DNA of 10,530 bases. Origin: Aquificaceae bacterium (GTDB taxonomy: Bacteria > Aquificota > Aquificia > Aquificales > Aquificaceae). The stretch spans positions 1-10,530 of the forward strand of contig JBEPZX010000028.1 of NCBI GenBank assembly GCA_041640635.1. The letters run 5' to 3'. How positions within the stretch are numbered: position 1 is the first letter of the stretch; each line of letters opens with the position of its first letter. Below the pieces are notes generated by a model that saw nothing but the letters and a program-made list of their open reading frames with translations, was not told the DNA's origin and made no database searches. Both the position numbers and the translations under genes were made by a program. Below are positions 1 to 5,864 of this stretch, in pieces.

Positions 1-1
1 A

Positions 2-178
2 ATCTGGTAATTCATGATGAATCCGACCACACTGATTACAGCACAACCGGCGAATATTATATACTTTTGTTTCTCCAGATCTTTCTTTTGACTTTCTATT
101 TCTAGTACCAATAATTCTCATACTTTTCCCACAACAAGGAGAAGGAATCCTCCCTGCACCTCTAACCAAAAACTCCAT
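2..178 (-). CDS. DUF6431-like Cys/His zinc-binding transposon protein, partial (runs off window); true start uncertain
   Basis: Manual translation MEFLVRGAGRIPSPCCGKSMRIIGTRNRKSKERSGETKVYNIRRLCCNQCGRIHHELPD; PCCG..IG.R.R..IRRL.C..C.RIHHELPD matches my recollection of DUF6431 proteins found upstream of DDE transposase/ExeA-like ATPase genes. Confidence 0.75.
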   Translation of the reverse strand, partial: MEFLVRGAGRIPSPCCGKSMRIIGTRNRKSKERSGETKVYNIRRLCCNQCGRIHHELPD

Positions 179-232
179 TGTTTTCAATTAGCCTGAAATC
201 TGATACAATAATCATATGGTTTTTTTATTGGG

Positions 233-281
233 GACGCTTCCCGTATATCTGTTGGCGCAGATATACATGATGGGAGGCGTC
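233..281. promoter_or_regulatory. Stem-loop in the transposon leader
   Basis: GACGCTTCCC(233-242)/GGGAGGCGTC(272-281) outer stem; GTATATCTG(243-251)-TTGGCG-CAGATATAC(258-266) perfect inner stem. Confidence 0.6.
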
Positions 282-336
282 TTTTCCTTTCTCCAGAGTT
301 GCAAGTGTCGAAATGTTCCGAATTATGTATATGAAC

Positions 337-365
337 ATTATACTCGTCAAATTCTGGACAGGCAA
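337..365 (-). promoter_or_regulatory. SigA-type promoter reading into the transposon
   Basis: TTGCCT(365-360)-17 nt-TATAAT(342-337) on minus strand, overlapping the subterminal repeats. Confidence 0.55.
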
Positions 366-403
366 TACCGTCAACTTTCAGTCATTATGGGATGGCAATA
401 ACA

Positions 404-530
404 CTAAAGATTTAATAGCTTAATATTCTTTTCACTATCTTTAGCAATATTATTTATTATTTTTATTAATAATGGACGAAGTAAATTTACTATCCAAAAA
501 CCTATAATTGTTCCAAGTGTATTTAAAATA
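404..530 (+). repeat. 127-bp exact direct repeat, copy 1 (circular overlap)
   Basis: CTAAAGATTTAATAGCT...ATTTAAAATA identical to 10404..10530. Confidence 0.97.
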
Positions 531-1006
531 ATATCATCTACTACAAAACTACGATAAGTAACCCCAATAATCCCAGATATTAAAAATTGTAAAGATTCAA
601 TTCCTAAAGATGTTAAAAAACCTAAGAGTATAATTAACTTAATTTTCCTAAATCTATGCCACATTAAAGGAGCATAAAAACCTAATGGCATTAATAAAAG
701 TACATTACCACCAATTTGTTTTACTAATATTCCGATAGAATTAAAATCAAATGATGTGTAAATGCTAGAAAACGGAATGAAATTATTTTTAGTAATAGTA
801 CTAGTTTCAATCATAGATTGTATTAATCTTTTATCTATTGGAATAGGAAAAAGTGTAACTGAGATGACTAAAATTGCATAAATAAAAAATGACAAATTAA
901 GTAGTTGTTTAATTAAAGTAGTTTCTTTTTTTCGATAAAATAGAAAAGATACTATACAGTAGATCCCTAATAAAATAATAAAATGATTTTTCACAAAGAA
1001 TATCAC
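404..1006 (-). CDS. VanZ family membrane protein
   Basis: Motifs NFIPF, GNVLLLMPLGFYAP, SLGIESLQF, RSFVVDDIILNTLG; multiple TM segments; GTG start somewhat uncertain. Confidence 0.9.
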   Translation of the reverse strand: MIFFVKNHFIILLGIYCIVSFLFYRKKETTLIKQLLNLSFFIYAILVISVTLFPIPIDKRLIQSMIETSTITKNNFIPFSSIYTSFDFNSIGILVKQIGGNVLLLMPLGFYAPLMWHRFRKIKLIILLGFLTSLGIESLQFLISGIIGVTYRSFVVDDIILNTLGTIIGFWIVNLLRPLLIKIINNIAKDSEKNIKLLNL

Positions 1007-1047
1007 TCCACATTTCTACCTCCCTTCTTCCTGTTTGCCATAAGTAA

Positions 1048-1074
1048 ATTCTTCACATATTTGGAATTTCCTTC
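1048..1074 (-). promoter_or_regulatory. SigH-like promoter for the vanZ-like / secreted-protein operon
   Basis: GAAGGAAAT-11 nt-GAAGAAT on minus strand fits the RNAGGAWWW-N11-12-RNNGAAT consensus. Confidence 0.55.
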
Positions 1075-1126
1075 CCTTTTCGAGAAAAAAAACAAATTTT
1101 TCGTGCTATTTTTAAAATAGAAACAC

Positions 1127-1180
1127 TTCCTTACAGACAATTGGTTGCCTTAATGGCAACCTTTAAGCCTTCAAGGCAAA
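1127..1180 (-). repeat. Palindromic element copy A (inverted relative to 5504..5559)
   Basis: GGTTGCC-TTAAT-GGCAACC (1143-1161) and GCCTT-C-AAGGC (1167-1177); reverse complement aligns to 5504..5559. Confidence 0.85.
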
Positions 1181-1310
1181 TACGTAAAATAAACAAAATA
1201 CAGAGTTGCAAAATCTAGGACGAATTGCTATTAAACAATAGTGATAATAGAGAGAGTTTATTAAAAGTGGTTTAAAGGGTTGATATGACTAGGTTTGTTA
1301 GACTTTTCAG

Positions 1311-1364
1311 GGTGTGACGTTTTCGTCACAAAAATGATTAAAAGTGTGACGTTTTCGTTACACC
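1311..1364. repeat. Probable replication origin: two 19-bp direct repeats, each palindromic
   Basis: GTGTGACGTTTTCGTCACA (1312-1330) and GTGTGACGTTTTCGTTACA (1344-1362), 32 bp apart, just downstream of rep. Confidence 0.75.
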
Positions 1365-1382
1365 TAAAAAATTCCAAATAAT

Positions 1383-1411
1383 AAAAAAGACCGTATCAAA
1401 TTGATACGATC
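1383..1411 (-). terminator. Intrinsic terminator of rep
   Basis: Minus strand GATCGTATCA-ATT-TGATACGGTC followed by TTTTTT directly at the rep stop. Confidence 0.7.
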
Positions 1412-2088
1412 TAAAAAAATCTAGCAGGCAAATTTACCTTTTTTCCATTTTGATCTTTAAGGTTCTTTAAGGAATGTTGAAACAATCTCATAGTTAATTT
1501 ATCTAACTGAACATTATTTTTTCTAGGTGCACAAATCATAATATAAGGATTTACAATCCATGTTCTAGGGCTTACAGTCCGCCCATTTTCAGTTATTTGT
1601 CCTGCCCCTTCGGGATTTAATAGGATCTCTTTTTTCTTCAAAGAGTTCATGATTAAGGAGGTTTTTTCTCTTGATTTTCCAATCATTTCGGCAATATCTG
1701 AAACCGTTGCAGACTTTGGAAGTTCAAAATCCTCTTCAACATTTTTTCGCTTTTTTTTAAATTTATCTTCCCTACAAATAATCACATTACTTTTAAATTC
1801 TAAATAGGCTTGAATCCTAAACAAAAAACTTTCTTCTGCTTGAGTTAAATAACCAATTTGATTTAACAAATCTAAATTTCTATGCATGGTTTGATTGAAT
1901 GGCTCCCCTGCAAATGGATCTTTACTGCTTCCAATAAAATGTTCTTCACCAGTAAGTTCTTTTAATTGAACTAATAGTGATTTTTTTAATTCTTCAGCTT
2001 TGGATCTAACTTCTGAATCTTTTTCGAAATCTCTTTTTCTAGCATTTTTTTCGGCTTGGTCAAAATCAACAACATTATTTTTTTTCAA
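1411..2088 (-). CDS. rep: Plasmid replication protein, Rep14-3/pGI2-like (winged HTH, RepL-like NP motif)
   Basis: QAEKNARKRD N-terminus, YLTQAE..FLF.I, SN.I, HTH TVSDIAEMIGKSREKTSLIMNSL, IVNPYIM, C-terminal P.RFF resemble Bacillus small-plasmid Rep; TTG start with GGAGAGG RBS. Confidence 0.8.
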   Translation of the reverse strand: MKKNNVVDFDQAEKNARKRDFEKDSEVRSKAEELKKSLLVQLKELTGEEHFIGSSKDPFAGEPFNQTMHRNLDLLNQIGYLTQAEESFLFRIQAYLEFKSNVIICREDKFKKKRKNVEEDFELPKSATVSDIAEMIGKSREKTSLIMNSLKKKEILLNPEGAGQITENGRTVSPRTWIVNPYIMICAPRKNNVQLDKLTMRLFQHSLKNLKDQNGKKVNLPARFF

Positions 2089-2090
2089 TC

Positions 2091-2176
2091 CTAATTCCTC
2101 TCCCTATCTAGCAGGAATTAGACCCTTTATGTTAGAATATAAATATCTAAATGAATAAAGGGACACTAATTTCCTG
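2091..2176 (-). promoter_or_regulatory. rep leader with mutually exclusive RBS-sequestering and anti-sequestering hairpins
   Basis: CTAATTCCT(2091-2099)/AGGAATTAG(2113-2121) stem covers the RBS; 2112-2130 can alternatively pair with 2155-2176. Confidence 0.6.
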
Positions 2177-2228
2177 TCCTCTATGTATTGAGAAACCCTC
2201 CGAGTCCGCGAAAACTTGAGGGTTTTTC
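2145..2228 (+). ncRNA. Putative countertranscript (copy-control antisense RNA)
   Basis: Extended -10 TGnTAGAAT (2130-2138) on plus strand; hairpin AAACCCTC...GAGGGTTT (2193-2225) ending in a T run; antisense to the rep leader; ends approximate. Confidence 0.55.
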
Positions 2229-2238
2229 TATTTCTATA

Positions 2239-2265
2239 TTTCGACAATATCAATAAGTTCCCTCT
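2239..2265 (-). promoter_or_regulatory. SigH-like rep promoter overlapping a Spo0A box
   Basis: AGAGGGAAC-11 nt-GTCGAAA on minus strand; TGTCGAA at 2246-2240. Confidence 0.4.
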
Positions 2266-2381
2266 TTTTCTAGCATTTTTTCAATTCTTATAAGATGTTC
2301 TTGATTTTCTTTTTTAAACTTATTGAAATCACTTCTAAATTCCTTTAAAACTATTAAAATCATATTTAATTTATCACCCAT
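2250..2381 (-). CDS. Small hypothetical amphipathic/coiled-coil protein (43 aa), not in ORF track
   Basis: MGDKLNMILIVLKEFRSDFNKFKKENQEHLIRIEKMLEKEGTY; GAGGGTG RBS; start overlaps the end of the upstream gene. Confidence 0.55.
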   Translation of the reverse strand: MGDKLNMILIVLKEFRSDFNKFKKENQEHLIRIEKMLEKEGTY

Positions 2382-2799
2382 TACTTTTCTCACCCTCTAT
2401 TTTAGCTTTAAGGCTTAATAAAAGCTTATCATCAACTCTTTTAGGCTTATACCCCATCCTATCCATCAAAACACCCTCTAAAACCCTCATACGAGCTGTA
2501 TAACGACTATACTCCTGTTCAGCAAAAGCAAGAGTATCAGAATCTATTACAACCCCTTCTGGAGCCTTCTGAACGGTTCTCATAAGGTTATAACACTTTG
2601 TCCTTTCCTCTCTTACCAAACGAAGTAAAATCAATAGATCATACGTATGAAAAAGCTCCAGCTGTCCAAAGGGTAATTCCGCTTGTTCCAAATAAATAAA
2701 ATCTTTTAATTGTGGACGCTGCCTTTTCAATGGAGCGTCACAAAAACTACAATTATCAGCGAATTTTTCATTTATTGAACCGCAATATTTACAGTTCAA
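2374..2799 (-). CDS. Hypothetical protein with N-terminal zinc ribbon
   Basis: CKYCG...CSFCD; 4-nt overlap with the upstream ORF. Confidence 0.75.
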   Translation of the reverse strand: MNCKYCGSINEKFADNCSFCDAPLKRQRPQLKDFIYLEQAELPFGQLELFHTYDLLILLRLVREERTKCYNLMRTVQKAPEGVVIDSDTLAFAEQEYSRYTARMRVLEGVLMDRMGYKPKRVDDKLLLSLKAKIEGEKSNG

Positions 2800-3014
2800 G
2801 ATTGAAAATCCTTGCTATTTAAGAAGTTGAGTACCAATGCCCATAACTCGTCTGATACTTCCAATTCATATTCGCTGATAACTTGCTGATAAGATTGCAA
2901 CCCTTCAAAAAAACCTTGTTCACTTATAAAATATCGTTTAGAAGCATAATTGAATTCATTTACCCTCTCAATCACAAATTCATCATTTTCCTTATAAATT
3001 AATAATTTTTTCAT
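2796..3014 (-). CDS. Hypothetical protein (72 aa)
   Basis: ORF tightly packed in the operon, ATG start, acidic composition. Confidence 0.7.
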   Translation of the reverse strand: MKKLLIYKENDEFVIERVNEFNYASKRYFISEQGFFEGLQSYQQVISEYELEVSDELWALVLNFLNSKDFQS

Positions 3015-3020
3015 AGCTAC

Positions 3021-3413
3021 CTACACCCTATCCTTATAACGTTCTAACGCTAATTCACGAAAGAAAGCCGACATAGATTTTAAATCACGAACAGAAATTT
3101 CCTCACCGATCTTATCCCAAATATCTTTTGGGAGAGTAATAGAAACCTTTTTAGTTTCTCCTAAAGAAGGGCGACCAGTTCTTTCTTTTTTTGCTGAATT
3201 TGAATGTTTCAAATGCTCTGGTAATAAATCATACTTGTATGGTGGAATATAAAGTTGTTCAAGCATTTCATTAATTCTTTTATAGCCAATGTCCTCTTTT
3301 AAAGCTAATTGCATGAATTCATCTTCTAATTTCTTCATACTCACTTCTAGATCACTTACACCATTCCAACGAACATCATACATTTTTTTGTGGAAATCTA
3401 ATAATTCTAACAT
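3021..3413 (-). CDS. Putative ribbon-helix-helix (CopG-like) DNA-binding protein
   Basis: C-terminal GRPSLGETKKVSITLPKDIWDKI...SMSAFFRELA; start moved to ATG 3413 because of the GAAGGGG RBS. Confidence 0.75.
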   Translation of the reverse strand: MLELLDFHKKMYDVRWNGVSDLEVSMKKLEDEFMQLALKEDIGYKRINEMLEQLYIPPYKYDLLPEHLKHSNSAKKERTGRPSLGETKKVSITLPKDIWDKIGEEISVRDLKSMSAFFRELALERYKDRV

Positions 3414-3651
3414 GTTTATCCCCTTCTCTTTTAAAGTTACCTTTATCATAATGATTTAAGTAACTTTTAGTCAAGGAGTAAACAGGTTTAAAGAAAATAC
3501 TTTGAAATTTCATAACTTGAACATATCCAACAACACTATAATTTTTAGGGTTTTCTTTGAGGTGTACCAATTCATCTAAGAAAAAATGTTCAGCTTTTCG
3601 ATCCTTAAATATTGGCTTATCTGTACCTAAAATTTCATATGCTTTTAGCAT
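3376..3651 (-). CDS. Hypothetical protein (91 aa)
   Basis: AGAGGTGG RBS precedes ATG at 3651 (track start 3663 lies within the RBS). Confidence 0.6.
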   Translation of the reverse strand: MLKAYEILGTDKPIFKDRKAEHFFLDELVHLKENPKNYSVVGYVQVMKFQSIFFKPVYSLTKSYLNHYDKGNFKREGDKHVRIIRFPQKNV

Positions 3652-3693
3652 AAAAACTTCCACCTCTTTAATTCAATGTGATATACTCTGATT

Positions 3694-3752
3694 AGCGATA
3701 ATCAACATTCCGAACGCAATCATTAAACTGATAGCTTCGGATGTTTTTTTTT
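3694..3752 (+). ncRNA. Putative short antisense RNA / plus-strand terminator hairpin
   Basis: TGnTATACT at 3679-3687, then hairpin 3704-3745 and T run to 3752, opposite to the surrounding minus-strand genes. Confidence 0.45.
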
Positions 3753-3782
3753 GTTCTAAAAGTTTGAAAAGTTACATTATCA

Positions 3783-4151
3783 TTAGGATATACCTATTTT
3801 TTTAATGCTCCTACATTCAATTAGAGGTAAAAATGAAACCGTTAACTTTTCTAATAAGTTTTTTCTAATTTGAAAAATCATTTGTTCACTGTAATTCATA
3901 TCAATTGCAATTTTAATGATACTCCAATTTTCAAAATATCTAAGTTCAATAAACTTTCTTTCATTTGCATTCAAAATTTTCATCGTTTGTTCAACTATAT
4001 CAATTATCATTTTATATATTTCAGATTTCTCTTCAACTTCTCTACTAGAAGGGATTTTTAAACTATTATAACTATTAATAAATACTAGCATGTATGGATA
4101 GAGCCTTAACATATTCTCAATTTCCTTTTTAGTACTATCAGCCTTCTTCAT
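3783..4151 (-). CDS. RinA/ArpU-like transcriptional regulator (sigma-70 region 4-type HTH)
   Basis: IENMLRLYP N-terminus; LNANERKFIELRYFENWSIIKIAIDMNYSEQMIFQIRKNLLEKL; AAGGAGG RBS. Confidence 0.8.
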   Translation of the reverse strand: MKKADSTKKEIENMLRLYPYMLVFINSYNSLKIPSSREVEEKSEIYKMIIDIVEQTMKILNANERKFIELRYFENWSIIKIAIDMNYSEQMIFQIRKNLLEKLTVSFLPLIECRSIKKIGIS

Positions 4152-4177
4152 GTAACCTCCTTAGAAATTAATTCACT

Positions 4178-4321
4178 TTACTTTAATTCATTTATCAAAT
4201 TTAAAATTGCCTGTTCTAAATGTTTAAAACTTTTTTCTAATCTATGAAGAAGATAGAAAGAAATTGTAATTGGAAATCCTAAATTAGCAATTAAATTAAT
4301 ATAGTCCAATTGTTGTTCCAT
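4178..4321 (-). CDS. YvrJ family small membrane peptide (47 aa), not in ORF track
   Basis: MEQQLDYINLIANLGFPITISFYLLHRLEKSFKHLEQAILNLINELK; I.N.GFPI...YLL.R.E signature; GAAGGTGG RBS. Confidence 0.85.
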   Translation of the reverse strand: MEQQLDYINLIANLGFPITISFYLLHRLEKSFKHLEQAILNLINELK

Positions 4322-4342
4322 ATGTTACCCACCTTCATAAAG

Positions 4343-4356
4343 GGAACGTATGTTCT
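4343..4356. promoter_or_regulatory. LexA (Cheo/SOS) box
   Basis: gGAACGTATGTTCt matches GAAC-RNRY-GTTC; lies between the promoter and the yvrJ-like RBS. Confidence 0.75.
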
Positions 4357-4365
4357 CTTATTTTA

Positions 4366-4394
4366 ATTTTACCTTTAAAGTATAATATAATCAA
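4366..4394 (-). promoter_or_regulatory. SigA-type promoter of the yvrJ-like/activator operon
   Basis: TTGATT(4394-4389)-17 nt-TAAAAT(4371-4366); a divergent TATAAT at 4381-4386 may serve the plus-strand gene. Confidence 0.5.
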
Positions 4395-4423
4395 ATAATT
4401 TGGAAATTTTTACGAGGTGCTAA

Positions 4424-4711
4424 ATGACAATACTTACATTGGTTATTATCCTAAGTGTTATAAACTTAATAAGAGTAGGATTATCTCGATTTGCTAATAA
4501 AAATATAAATATCGAAGTATATGTTTCAATATTATATTTCTTAAATATTATTGTTCTCACTACATATATAATTTTGGAAAGAAACACCTTCATATATATC
4601 GATGGTACTTCAGCTCTACTCTATGTTTCATTTTTAGTCTTGTATGTGATCTGTATCTATTACATATATAAAAATATAAAAAGTTGGTTAAAAAAAGGCA
4701 CTCAAAGATAA
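4424..4711 (+). CDS. Small three-TM membrane protein, candidate immunity protein
   Basis: Three hydrophobic stretches, basic C-terminus, GAGGTG RBS, convergent with 4738..5355. Confidence 0.7.
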   Translation: MTILTLVIILSVINLIRVGLSRFANKNINIEVYVSILYFLNIIVLTTYIILERNTFIYIDGTSALLYVSFLVLYVICIYYIYKNIKSWLKKGTQR

Positions 4712-4723
4712 GTGCCTTTTTTT
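4690..4723. terminator. Bidirectional intrinsic terminator
   Basis: A7-GGCACT-8 nt-AGTGCC-T7 between convergent genes. Confidence 0.85.
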
Positions 4724-4737
4724 ATTACATATTTTTA

Positions 4738-5355
4738 TTAATATTTTAAATAATACATAGTTGTATTTCTCGAATGAACAGGAGAATTAAGATCATTCAA
4801 AGTCGTATACGTTGCTCTTACTCCTCCTGATACAGGTTCAAGAGTAGTACGGAATTTCCAACCTGCTTTTGGTGCTGGTGCAGCTTCAAGATTAGTATCA
4901 TGCCTCCAAACAGTGCTTACACTTGATAATAAACTTACAGCAGTTGCTGTTACAGCAATAGCAGCTCTTGATGTTAAACCAAGTGCAGAAAATAACGCTA
5001 TTACAGTTAATTGACCTTGTTTATAACTTGTAACATCATTTGTTGTATATGTGTAAGTATTTGAATAAGTAGATGATAAATGAACCTCTCTCTTTAAAGC
5101 ATCCCAAGAATATCCATTAGCAGTAGAGATTTTAACTCGATACTCACCAAAGTAAGGTACTTCTACAACTTCCCTTCCACTTGTAACCGAAGCACTATAC
5201 GTTTTTGTAAAAATCATTTGCCCGTCACCAGGTCTAAAAATTTGAAGTGTTTTTTGTAAAGTAGTATTACTATAACCCCAATGAATTAACAAACTTTTCA
5301 CATCTGTTTTTGAAACAAGTAGATTAAAATCAGTATTCCCTTCATGAATTGCCAT
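4738..5355 (-). CDS. Hypothetical beta-rich protein with internal hydrophobic hairpin; candidate bacteriocin/pore-former
   Basis: AAAGGAGG RBS; no N-terminal signal peptide; LTVIALFSALGLTSRAAIAVTATAVSLLSSV segment; Ser/Thr/Tyr rich. Confidence 0.75.
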   Translation of the reverse strand: MAIHEGNTDFNLLVSKTDVKSLLIHWGYSNTTLQKTLQIFRPGDGQMIFTKTYSASVTSGREVVEVPYFGEYRVKISTANGYSWDALKREVHLSSTYSNTYTYTTNDVTSYKQGQLTVIALFSALGLTSRAAIAVTATAVSLLSSVSTVWRHDTNLEAAPAPKAGWKFRTTLEPVSGGVRATYTTLNDLNSPVHSRNTTMYYLKY

Positions 5356-5438
5356 TTTTTGAATTCCTCCTTTTTTTGTTATGTTTTTATCATAAAATAG
5401 TTTGAATTCTATAAACTAAAGGAAAACTATACTAATAC

Positions 5439-5494
5439 TCTATTATTGATGATTATTATGTTAATAAAATTAAAGAGACTATTCTATTATTGAT
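5439..5494 (+). repeat. 12-bp direct repeat upstream of the 205-aa gene
   Basis: TCTATTATTGAT at 5439-5450 and 5483-5494 (44 bp apart). Confidence 0.65.
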
Positions 5495-5503
5495 CTGTTC
5501 TCT

Positions 5504-5559
5504 TTTGCCTTAAAGGCTTTGAAAGGTTGCCGTTAAGGCAACCTCCTATTTATAAGGAA
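5504..5559 (+). repeat. Palindromic element copy B
   Basis: TTTGCCTTAAAGGCTTTGAAAGGTTGCCGTTAAGGCAACC...TAAGGAA versus copy A reverse complement TTTGCCTTGAAGGCTT--AAAGGTTGCCATTAAGGCAACC...TAAGGAA. Confidence 0.85.
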
Positions 5560-5670
5560 TTCTGCTTTGAAATTTTTACGCTATATCCTATCTAAAAGCT
5601 GAAAACTTAAATAATTGCTAGATTAAATAATAAGCAAGATGGTATACTTCCCTTAGAATTAAAAATGATA

Positions 5671-5698
5671 AGGGCGCACTTATACACCGGTTGGTGTG
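5671..5698 (-). other. oriT of MOBQ (RSF1010/pIP501) type; predicted nic between 5675 and 5674
   Basis: Minus strand TAAGTGCG^CCCT (5682-5671) preceded by inverted repeat ACACC-AACC-GGTGT; upstream of the relaxase. Confidence 0.9.
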
Positions 5699-5864
5699 TG
5701 CGGTTGCTTCGCAACGAAAAAACCTTCCTTCCGAATTCTCCGGAAGGTCAAAACCAATCGCCTATGGAGAGCCAAAACAAAAAGCAACCAAATCTTCGAT
5801 TCGTTTCTTTTCGTTTCGGTCAAAAAAATGTTCACGTAGTGTCTAAAGAAAGGAGTTCCGAATC

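Larger units (their letters stand above)
1..403 (-). mobile_element. Terminal segment of a transposon/IS (TGT-starting end) carrying a DUF6431-like zinc-finger gene; truncated by window start
   Basis: Minus strand from 403 reads TGTTATTGCCATCCC...; internal repeats TATTGCC (394-400, 361-367) and TTGACG (369-374, 345-350); identity with the 10404+ copy starts exactly at 404; higher GC than the adjacent vanZ-like gene. Confidence 0.75.

Noticed and set aside
312..339. Second SOS box in the transposon end
   Set aside because: GTTC/GAAC half-sites are in the wrong order and spacing
216..401. 61-aa plus-strand ORF
   Set aside because: Spans the transposon terminal repeats, promoter and hairpin; no RBS; likely spurious
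404..1006. vanZ-like genes as a vancomycin-resistance cluster
   Set aside because: No vanHAX or vanRS present; orphan VanZ-family genes do not establish glycopeptide resistance
1004..1023. Frameshifted vanZ-1 start (strong RBS 5 nt before an out-of-frame ATG at 1013)
   Set aside because: In-frame GTG at 1006 is still within usable distance of the RBS; cannot support a pseudogene call without homologues
1125..1152. dif-like Xer site (ACTTCCTTACA resembles one arm of B. subtilis dif); also TTATGTTAATA at 5456-5466
   Set aside because: In each case only one arm matches; no partner arm at 6-bp spacing
1312..1362. Mini CRISPR array
   Set aside because: Only two 19-bp repeats with a 13-bp spacer and no cas genes
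3870..4061. 63-aa plus-strand ORF
   Set aside because: Antisense shadow of the RinA/ArpU-like gene
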